Positions 18,982-26,318 of a stretch of DNA of 45,229 nucleotides are shown piece by piece. Position 1 is the first letter of the stretch, and each line of letters opens with the position of its first letter. Both the position numbers and the translations under genes were made by a program. The notes beneath the pieces were generated by a model. It was not told where the DNA came from. It searched no databases and saw only the letters and a program-made list of their open reading frames with translations. Location of the stretch: positions 1 through 45,229 of the forward strand of contig JAXLQU010000031.1 of the NCBI GenBank assembly GCA_046331425.1, read 5' to 3'. This DNA is from Acidobacteriota bacterium. Lineage in GTDB: Bacteria; Acidobacteriota; Polarisedimenticolia; J045.

Positions 18982-19786
18982 GCCGGTCAGCGATCTGGCT
19001 GTGGCCCAACGGAAGTTCTTGCGCGACTTGTCCGGCCTCGAATCGCGGGACGCCGCCTCACGCGCAGAACAGTTCTGTGCGCCACCGGCCGGCGATGTCG
19101 AGCGACGCTGGCACGTCTACACCTCGGGTTACTTCGTGCGGTTACGCGACGTGCTGGCGCAGGACTACCGCGCCATCGCGCGGATTGCTGGTGACGATGC
19201 CTTCAGCGGTTTGGTCGGGCGTTATCTGATGGCTTGCCCACCGCGTCGCTACGACTTGGCGATGGCCGGTGAGCGCTTCCCCAGCTTTGTCGGCAGCGAC
19301 GCACTGAGCTCGAGCCTGCCCTTCATCCCCGACCTCGCGCAGCTCGAGTGCGCTGTTTCCGACTGCTTCATCGCCGCCGAGCCTCAGCCGCTGACCTGGA
19401 AGGGGCTGCGAGAGATGCCGTCAAGCCAAGCGGCCGAGCGCAGCATTGCGCTTCAGCCATCGGCACGCGTGCTTCGCTCGATCTGGCCGCTACGCGACTT
19501 GTGGCAGACCGCCTTCACACCCGAAGACGATGAGATCGATATCGACTTGAGTGAGAAACCACGTTGCTTTCTCGTGCATCGCAACGAGGGTGAGATCTTC
19601 GTGAGAGAGATCGACGACGAGCTCGCCACATTGCTTCAAGCCGCGGAACAGCAGGGCAACACACTCACAGGACTCGCCGCCTCGCTATCGCTCGGTGACG
19701 AGCCCGAGGATGTACGCAGCTTCTTGATGTTGATGCAGCGCGCTCTGGCGCTATCGCTTTTCACTCTCAACCCCGTCGCCACTTGA
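18962..19786 (+). CDS. bufC: DUF2063 family protein (MbnC/BufC-like partner of DUF692)
   Basis: The WHVYTSGYFVRLRDVLAQDY...GDDAF..LVGRYL...P...YDL...GERFPSFV pattern is typical of DUF2063. The start overlaps the end of bufB by 20 nt. Confidence 0.7.
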   Translation: MCSALPKPVSDLAVAQRKFLRDLSGLESRDAASRAEQFCAPPAGDVERRWHVYTSGYFVRLRDVLAQDYRAIARIAGDDAFSGLVGRYLMACPPRRYDLAMAGERFPSFVGSDALSSSLPFIPDLAQLECAVSDCFIAAEPQPLTWKGLREMPSSQAAERSIALQPSARVLRSIWPLRDLWQTAFTPEDDEIDIDLSEKPRCFLVHRNEGEIFVREIDDELATLLQAAEQQGNTLTGLAASLSLGDEPEDVRSFLMLMQRALALSLFTLNPVAT

Positions 19787-19815
19787 ATGGACGACACACA
19801 CTCTCTGGAGGCTCG

Positions 19816-20136
19816 ATGAACGGAAAGTCGAAGTTGTTTTTGGCAGCATTGGCTGGTGCACTCGCTCTCCCCTCGCTCGCGCTGGCCGAGGACGCCAAGC
19901 CGGGTACCGACAAAGATGCCGGCAAGGTGCCTTGCTGGGGCATCAACAAGTGCAAGGGCGTTGGCGACTGCGGTGCCGATGGCTGCCGTCACAGCGGTTG
20001 TCACGGTTCCAACGGCTGCAACGGCAGCGGCTTCATTCGCTTGGAAGCGGAAACCTGTCTGAAGATCGTGGGTGGCCGCCTGACCAAGGCTGCCGAGCCG
20101 GCCAAGGTCGAAAAGAAGGGCAAGGACAAGAAGTAA
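19816..20136 (+). CDS. bufA: DUF2282-type (bufferin-like) RiPP precursor peptide with Sec signal peptide and 7 Cys
   Basis: MNGKSKLFLAALAGALALPSLALA|EDAKPG..., then a core VPCWGINKCKGVGDCGADGCRHSGCHGSNGCNGSGFIRLEAETCLKIVGGRL that matches the DUF2282 pattern (C[YW]G...NxC...HSxC...TC.KI.GG). Lys-rich tail. GGAGG 7 nt upstream of the ATG. The ORF track begins at TTG 19783. Confidence 0.75.
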   Translation: MNGKSKLFLAALAGALALPSLALAEDAKPGTDKDAGKVPCWGINKCKGVGDCGADGCRHSGCHGSNGCNGSGFIRLEAETCLKIVGGRLTKAAEPAKVEKKGKDKK

Positions 20137-20218
20137 TCAGATCGTTGCTGGGACGGTTGGCGCCGCGCGTCATCCGTCCCTTGCTTCTGGTGCCGCGCCG
20201 CGACCGCGCGAGCAGTGG

Positions 20219-22024
20219 CTAGATCAATCCCACATGCCGCATCAACTCCAGGGCGTTGCTCTTGGAAACAACACCCTCGTGCAGGCGATAGTCGAAGCGC
20301 ATCTCACCGCCTTCCAGGTGATCGACAAAGTGCACGTTCCGAACATCGCTCCCCAACGAGGCGGCGCTCTCGGTGAGCGCTAGGTCATGCGTGGTCAATA
20401 GGCCAATCGCTCCAAGCGTGTGCAACTCGCGCATCAGCGCTTCGGCTCCCAGCTTGCGATCGTGCGAGTTGGTTCCCGACAGCAACTCATCGATCAGAAA
20501 CAGAAGCGGAGATCCGTCGCGAGCGATCTGCACGATCGTCCGCAAACGATCGAGTTCCGCCAAGAAGCGTGAGCGGCCATCCAACAGCGAGTCTTGCGCT
20601 CGCAACGACGCCCCGAGCGAAAGCGGCGTGAGCGTCAGGCTTGCGGCGCGCACGGGTGACCCTGCTTGGGCCAGCACCGTATTCACACCGATCGAGCGAA
20701 GCAGCGTGCTCTTCCCCGACATGTTGGATCCGCTGACGATTAGCAGGCGTGTGGTTGCCCCGAGTCGCACATCGTTGTGGACGCAGCGTTCGAGCGGTAG
20801 CAGCGGGTGCCCGAGCTTTTCCGCCTCGAATCGCGGGGCGCCGCTCACCAATTGCGGGTAGACCATTTCCGGCTGCTCGAATGCGAACGCCGCCAAAGCG
20901 GAAAGCGCTTCCAATTCGCCCGCCGCCTCGAACCAGTCATGCACCGCTGGGCCGTAACGAGCGCGCCACGTTTCCACAGCCAATGCATGCTGCGTGGCCC
21001 AAAATAATGGCAGCGACACGGGAAGAAAGATCTGATTGAGACGCCAATCGAGGCGATCGAGCGTGGCCGCCAACTGCGCGATCGCGCGCGACGCCGGCGC
21101 CTCGCCCGCGATGCGCCGCTGCAATACCACCAGCGCCGGCGACGCAAACGGCTCCACCTCGATTCGTTGCAGCAGTCCCGACAGTACCTTCAGTTCGGGA
21201 GCGGCCCCCTCCGCCGCTGTCAATACCGCTTCGACGCGCGGACGCAGGTACGTCCCCAGGAATCCAGATGCGATCAACACCGTTGGACCACACCACCATG
21301 GAATCGAGGAGATCGAGCCAAAGGACCACTGCGACCATGACGCCGTCATCAACAAGAGCGCTGCGAGGTTGGCCACAACGGCGAACCCCACCGGCACGCG
21401 CCAAGCGCTCAGATCGGCCTTGCGAGCACGACCCCAACCCTCCAAGAGATCAGCATGCACGCGGCGGGTCGCCTCCTCGCCCAACAGCGCCAGTGCCTCG
21501 CGCAACTCGACGCGCGGCGTGAGCTCTTGAATTGCGAGTTGTCGCGCGCGCACCTCGTCCGGCGCACTCGGGGTCGACAGCCAGCGGGCGAGCGCCCGCC
21601 GACCAGCATTCGTTCGGGTGCTCGCCAATCGTTCGAACAACGAACCGCGCCCATACAGGTCAAGGTCGAGTGCAAACGGGTGCGCCGCCTCGAAAAGGTC
21701 GTTGCCATCGTCGCCGGTACCGGGCCACTCCCCAGCCAAACGGGCCAAGCCTGCTTCGTAGAAACGTACCGCGCGGGCCGCGCGTCGAGCCGCCTGCAGC
21801 GCGCGATCGTGAATCAGCACTGTCGTTGCGAACGCAACGACGGCCGCGCCGACCCACCAGGGTGAGATTCGGCCCGAAGCGGCCAGGGCCAGCGCCCCGA
21901 TCCCCGCTATGAGTAAGGCCAACCTCGATCCCACGAACAGTCGGTCGCGGCCGGCCATGGCGGCCTCGACCCCGCGCCAGTGATCGCGGCGACGTTCGTA
22001 TTCGTGCTGAGGTGTGTGATTCAT
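20219..22024 (-). CDS. MutS-family ATPase (domain V ABC-type ATPase only; no mismatch-binding or connector domains; N-terminal TM helices)
   Basis: C-terminal IVSGSNMSGKSTLLRSIG (Walker A), ...LLFLIDELLSGTN (Walker B/D-loop) and TTHDL (H-loop). Hydrophobic segments in the N-terminal half. Start at Met95 (MNHTPQ); an alternative is Met85 at 22054. The ORF track begins at 22306. Confidence 0.65.
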   Translation of the reverse strand: MNHTPQHEYERRRDHWRGVEAAMAGRDRLFVGSRLALLIAGIGALALAASGRISPWWVGAAVVAFATTVLIHDRALQAARRAARAVRFYEAGLARLAGEWPGTGDDGNDLFEAAHPFALDLDLYGRGSLFERLASTRTNAGRRALARWLSTPSAPDEVRARQLAIQELTPRVELREALALLGEEATRRVHADLLEGWGRARKADLSAWRVPVGFAVVANLAALLLMTASWSQWSFGSISSIPWWCGPTVLIASGFLGTYLRPRVEAVLTAAEGAAPELKVLSGLLQRIEVEPFASPALVVLQRRIAGEAPASRAIAQLAATLDRLDWRLNQIFLPVSLPLFWATQHALAVETWRARYGPAVHDWFEAAGELEALSALAAFAFEQPEMVYPQLVSGAPRFEAEKLGHPLLPLERCVHNDVRLGATTRLLIVSGSNMSGKSTLLRSIGVNTVLAQAGSPVRAASLTLTPLSLGASLRAQDSLLDGRSRFLAELDRLRTIVQIARDGSPLLFLIDELLSGTNSHDRKLGAEALMRELHTLGAIGLLTTHDLALTESAASLGSDVRNVHFVDHLEGGEMRFDYRLHEGVVSKSNALELMRHVGLI

Positions 22025-22109
22025 CGGACCTGAAGGGTAACCCAGCCGATTCATGCCTGCGTTTTGAAACCATTGGCAGAGGCTGTGCATCCTACGCCAG
22101 GACCCCCGA

Positions 22110-22694
22110 GTGGGCAGCCAAGAGGACGGCATGGAACCGACGATCGACCCGAACTGGGAGAACACACTGGCATCGCGAGAGGCAGTGCGGGTTCTGCGCT
22201 GGGCCGACGAGGCGATTCGCGAGCGTGGGTCGTTTCGAATCGCGCTCGGGGGTGGAGCCAACCTGCGTCCCTTGTTGGCTGCGATCGCGTTGGAGAGTGA
22301 GCACACCCGCGCGGATTTCCACCGCTGGCATGTCTACTGGTGCGAGGAAAGACACGTCCCTCCCTATCACCGCGACAGTTGCTATCGACTGGCCGAGCAA
22401 GCGCTGTTGGGCCGCGTGCCGGTGCTTCCCGAGAATTTGCATCGCATTCGCGCCGAACATCGCGATCCGCATGAAGCGGCTCGCAGCTATGAGTTGCTGC
22501 TGCGCCGCAGCTTCGCGATGTCGGCCGGCGATCTGCCGCAGTTCGATGCGGTCGTGGTTGGCAGCCGAGCCCAGGGAACGGTGATCGGCCTCACGGGGGC
22601 GGTCTTGAACGTTGCGCGCCACGTTCTGACGTGGGGCGATGCGCCACCTTTGCCCGCGCTGCCCTCACTTGCCGGTGTGAGGACGCAGGCGTGA
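22110..22694 (+). CDS. 6-phosphogluconolactonase/glucosamine-6-P deaminase-family protein (divergent C-terminus)
   Basis: RIALGGGAN...W..VHVYWCEERHVPP.H.DS(C)YRL pattern resembles Pgl (IALSGG...vhvf.gDERcVP..h.dSN). The catalytic DGHTAS region is not conserved (QGTVIGLTG). The stop overlaps the sigma-factor GTG (GTGA). Confidence 0.45.
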   Translation: MGSQEDGMEPTIDPNWENTLASREAVRVLRWADEAIRERGSFRIALGGGANLRPLLAAIALESEHTRADFHRWHVYWCEERHVPPYHRDSCYRLAEQALLGRVPVLPENLHRIRAEHRDPHEAARSYELLLRRSFAMSAGDLPQFDAVVVGSRAQGTVIGLTGAVLNVARHVLTWGDAPPLPALPSLAGVRTQA

Positions 22695-23374
22695 CCGCAA
22701 ACGACCGCCACGCGGAGACACCGCGCGAGCGTGATAGCCTGGCGCCTGTGTGGAACCCCGTGAAGAACTCGGCGCCATCGGCCCAGCCGTCAAGCGAGGC
22801 CGATCTGATCCAGCGCCTTCGAGCCGGCGATGAGCGCGCCTTCGAGCAGGTGGTTCGAACGCACTCGGGACGCTTGCTCTCCGTCGCACGCCGCTTCATG
22901 CGCAACGACGACGATGCGTGCGATGTCTTGCAGGAAGCGTTTATTTCGATGCATCGCGCGATCCACTCGTTCGAGTCGGGCGCGCGGCTCTCCACCTGGC
23001 TGCACCGCATCACCGTCAATTGCGCGCTGATGAAGATTCGCTCGCGCAAGTGCCGGCCCGAGATCGCGATCGACGACCTGATGCCGCGCTTCACCGAGGA
23101 CGGTCATCACGTCGACCCACCCTGCCCCTGGGCTGAAGACACCGACGTCTCCATGGCCCGCGAGCAAACGCGCACGATGGTCCGCGCGGCGATCGATCGC
23201 TTACCCGAGAACTATCGAACCGTGCTGTTGCTCCGCGACATCGAGGAACTCGACACTGAGGAGACAGCCCAGGTCCTGGGAATCAGCGCCAATGCCGTGA
23301 AGGTCAGGTTGCATCGCGCTCATCAAGCGCTGCGCACGATGATCGACACGCACTTCAAGGAAACACTCCGATGA
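22691..23374 (+). CDS. ECF (sigma-70 group IV) sigma factor
   Basis: Region 2 (DLIQRLRAGDERAFEQVV...DVLQEAFISMHRA...WLHRITVNCALMKIRSR) and region 4 (LPENYRTVLLLRDIEELDTEETAQVLGISANAVKVRLHRAHQALR). The GTG start is inferred from overlap with the upstream stop. An alternative start is further downstream. Confidence 0.75.
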   Translation: MTANDRHAETPRERDSLAPVWNPVKNSAPSAQPSSEADLIQRLRAGDERAFEQVVRTHSGRLLSVARRFMRNDDDACDVLQEAFISMHRAIHSFESGARLSTWLHRITVNCALMKIRSRKCRPEIAIDDLMPRFTEDGHHVDPPCPWAEDTDVSMAREQTRTMVRAAIDRLPENYRTVLLLRDIEELDTEETAQVLGISANAVKVRLHRAHQALRTMIDTHFKETLR

Positions 23375-23613
23375 CTTGCCGAGAGTTTGCCGAGTTCATT
23401 GATTCCTTCATCGGTGGTGGGCTTTCCAACGATGAAGCGCAGGAGTTTCACCGCCACTTGGCGGTGTGCAGCGATTGCGTCAACTACATCGACACCTATC
23501 GGCGCACGATCGCCATGAGCAAGCGTGCCTTCGAGTCGATGCCCGAAGCCTCGGTGCCCGAGGATGTGCCTGAAGATCTGGTGAAAGCGATCCTGGCATC
23601 CCGCAAGCCTTGA
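23371..23613 (+). CDS. Short cytoplasmic ZAS (zf-HC2, HxxxCxxC) anti-sigma factor
   Basis: 80 aa, no TM segment. It contains C3, and H29-LAV-C33-SD-C36 (HRHLAVCSDC) is the zinc anti-sigma motif. ATGA overlap with the sigma-factor stop. Confidence 0.65.
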   Translation: MTCREFAEFIDSFIGGGLSNDEAQEFHRHLAVCSDCVNYIDTYRRTIAMSKRAFESMPEASVPEDVPEDLVKAILASRKP

Positions 23614-23657
23614 TCGAGAGCGTCCTGGCCCATCGAGCCTGACCAACATGCTGATGA

Positions 23658-26318
23658 GTGGCGAGCGCGACTCCGGCAGGCGTAGCATCCTGCGTTGCTG
23701 TGTTGCCGACACTCGCATCTCGGCCTGGGCGAGGACCTCAAACGACTCCTTCACCTTTCATCGATCGACTTCGACGTTGGCTCGGCCCCGTCTTCGCCGC
23801 ATCGCTGTTCGGGGCGGCACTCTGGGCGATTCATCGCGAGCTGGGACCGTATCATCACGGGCAAATCGTCGAGGCGCTGCAGCAGATACCGGCGTCGCGC
23901 ACACTGCTCGCGCTGCTCCTGACGGTGACCAGCTATCTGCTCCTGACGCTCCTCGATCAGGTCACGCTTCGTGCGATCCACGTAACGCTTCCCTATCGCC
24001 GCGCCAGCTTTGCCTCGCTCGTGGCCTACGCCTTCAGTCATAGCGTCGGCTTTGCCGCGGTCACCGGCGCGGCAATCCGATACCGCTTGTATTCGGCCTG
24101 GGGACTTTCAGCGTCAAAGATCGCGCAGTTTCTGGTCTTGGGAACCACTGCTTTCTGGCTCGGTTTTGCGCTGGTCGGCGGCGTTTGGTTTGTCAAGGAC
24201 GCGAGCGACGTAAGCGAGAGTTCTCTTCTTCGAACGCCTCGCGCGACGTTCTGTCTTGGACTGCTGCTGTTGTCGCTGCTCTCGATCTATCTGGTGGTGT
24301 GCCTTCGGCGGCGCAGGTTCCGCGTTCTGCCCTGGCGCGACTACGATCTCCCGCTGCCGTCGCCGTCATTGGCGATTCTGCAAACCGGCATTTCAGCACT
24401 CGACTGGATCGCGAGTGCTGCAGTGTTGTGGGTCCTGCTCGATCAACCCGAGATGTCGTTGTGGCGATTCCTTGGCGTGTTTCTGCTCGCTCAAGTGGCG
24501 GGAGTGATCAGTCAGATACCGGGCGGGCTGGGTGTGTTCGAATCGTTGGTGCTGACGTTGACCGGGGATGCCCACCCCACGCCTGCGATCGCAGCGGCGT
24601 TGATCTCGTATCGGTTGCTCTATTACGTGCTGCCGCTCGTCACCGCTGCCGCGCTCTTCAGCGCACGTGAGACCTTCGCTCGCTGGCCGAGGGTCGAGCG
24701 GGTCTCGCGAGCAATGGGGCGATGGGCTTCGGGCGTGATTCCCACGCTGCTGACTGTGACCACCTTCGCTGCTGGAATCGTCCTGCTCGTGTCGGGCGCG
24801 ACACCGGCGGAGAGCTGGCGTCTGAAGTGGCTGCGCGATGTCGTCCCGCTTCCTGTGATCGAACTCTCGCACTTTCTCGGCAGCCTGACCGGAGCCGGTC
24901 TCCTGCTCTTGGCTCGCGGCCTTCAACAACGCCTCGATGCTTCCTACACGCTGACCGCGCTGTTGCTTGCCGCCGGGGCAGGCTTTTCACTCGCCAAGGG
25001 CGTGGACTATGAGGAGGCGTTGTTCTTGGTCGGCATGTTGGCGCTGTTGTTGCCGTGTCGCCGCCACTTCTATCGACGCGCATCGCTGTTCGCCGAACCG
25101 TTCACGCCGGGCTGGCTCGTGGCCGTAGCGGCCGTGATCGCCGCCACCGCTTGGATCAGTGTGTTCGCGCACAAACATGTCGAGCTCGCTGGCGATTTGT
25201 GGTGGACATTCGCATTCAGAGGCGATGCCTCGCGCACGCTCCGCGCGCTGACCGGTGTGGTGGCACTCGTTGCCGTGATCGGTACGGCGCGATTGCTGCG
25301 GCCCGCACCGGCCCGGCCTCAGCTCCTCACCAGCGACCAGAAACCGCGACTGCTTCAGGCGCTTGCGAACTGCTCCGACACGTCGGCCAACTTGGCGTTG
25401 CTGGGCGACAAAGCGGTGCTCTTCAGCCCAACCGGGAACAGCTTCGTGATGTACGCGGTCGAGGGGCGGAGTTTCGTAGCACTCGGCGATCCTTCGGGGC
25501 TCCAGAGCGAGATCGCGGACTTGGCCTGGCGGTTTCGCGAGTTGGCCGACCGGCATGGCGGCTACACCGTGTTCTATGAAGTCTCCGCTAGCCGATTACC
25601 GATGTACCTCGATATGGGTTTGGCGCTAGTCAAGCTAGGCGAGGAGGCGCGGGTCGCGTTGGATGAGTTCTCGATTCAGGGCAACTCCGGCAAGTCGTTT
25701 CGCAGCGCCATCAACAGCATGACCAAGGACGGATGCAGTTTCGAGATCGTCGCGACGGCCGACGTTCCGGCTCTTCTTCCCACGCTTCGTGCGATATCGG
25801 ACGCCTGGTTGGCGAGCAAGAACACGCGGGAGAAGGGGTTCTCACTGGGGTACTTCGACGAGGAGTATTTGGCGAACTTTCCGATGGCGGTGGTCCGTCA
25901 GCACGGCAGGCCGATTGCGTTCGCGAACATTTGGGCCGCCTCTGACGGCGGTGAGTTGTCGGTCGATCTGATGCGGTTTGCCGAGGATGCGCCCAAGGCA
26001 ACGATGGACTTTCTGTTCTTACAGACGATGCTGTGGGGCAAGGAGCGGCACTACCGGTGGTTCAACTTGGGAATGGCACCGTTGTCCGGACTGGAGGCGC
26101 ATCGGTTGGGGCCACTCTGGGGGCGCGTGGCGTCGTTTGTCTTCCGACACGGCGAGCACTTCTACAACTTCCAGGGCTTGCGTCAGTACAAGCAAAAGTT
26201 CTCCCCGGATTGGCAGCCGCGATATCTGGCGTTTCCGGGTCGTCTTACGTTTGCTCGAGTGTTGCTCAACGTTGCTTCCTTGACTTCCGGGGGTTTGAGA
26301 GGCGTGGTGACCAAATGA
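23658..26318 (+). CDS. mprF: Aminoacyl-phosphatidylglycerol synthase / flippase (MprF/LpiA family: LPG_synthase_TM + DUF2156 lysyl-tRNA-dependent transferase domain)
   Basis: About 14 TM helices over ~540 aa, then the C-terminal DUF2156-like domain (...FVMYAVEGRSFVALGDPSG...YTVFYEVS...YLDMGLALVKLGEEARV...FSIQGNSGKSFRSAIN...). Confidence 0.8.
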   Translation: MASATPAGVASCVAVLPTLASRPGRGPQTTPSPFIDRLRRWLGPVFAASLFGAALWAIHRELGPYHHGQIVEALQQIPASRTLLALLLTVTSYLLLTLLDQVTLRAIHVTLPYRRASFASLVAYAFSHSVGFAAVTGAAIRYRLYSAWGLSASKIAQFLVLGTTAFWLGFALVGGVWFVKDASDVSESSLLRTPRATFCLGLLLLSLLSIYLVVCLRRRRFRVLPWRDYDLPLPSPSLAILQTGISALDWIASAAVLWVLLDQPEMSLWRFLGVFLLAQVAGVISQIPGGLGVFESLVLTLTGDAHPTPAIAAALISYRLLYYVLPLVTAAALFSARETFARWPRVERVSRAMGRWASGVIPTLLTVTTFAAGIVLLVSGATPAESWRLKWLRDVVPLPVIELSHFLGSLTGAGLLLLARGLQQRLDASYTLTALLLAAGAGFSLAKGVDYEEALFLVGMLALLLPCRRHFYRRASLFAEPFTPGWLVAVAAVIAATAWISVFAHKHVELAGDLWWTFAFRGDASRTLRALTGVVALVAVIGTARLLRPAPARPQLLTSDQKPRLLQALANCSDTSANLALLGDKAVLFSPTGNSFVMYAVEGRSFVALGDPSGLQSEIADLAWRFRELADRHGGYTVFYEVSASRLPMYLDMGLALVKLGEEARVALDEFSIQGNSGKSFRSAINSMTKDGCSFEIVATADVPALLPTLRAISDAWLASKNTREKGFSLGYFDEEYLANFPMAVVRQHGRPIAFANIWAASDGGELSVDLMRFAEDAPKATMDFLFLQTMLWGKERHYRWFNLGMAPLSGLEAHRLGPLWGRVASFVFRHGEHFYNFQGLRQYKQKFSPDWQPRYLAFPGRLTFARVLLNVASLTSGGLRGVVTK

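Noticed and set aside
20137-20218. GGGACGG(N16)CCGTCCC inverted repeat after bufA as a terminator
   Set aside because: The loop is long and there is no T-tract, so it is only weakly supported. It is mentioned under the MutS-like finding rather than as a feature.
26033-26314. N-terminal 94-aa extension of the AcvB-like ORF overlapping the end of mprF
   Set aside because: A signal peptide begins at Met95, whose ATG overlaps the mprF stop. The extension lies in an alternative frame of the mprF coding sequence.
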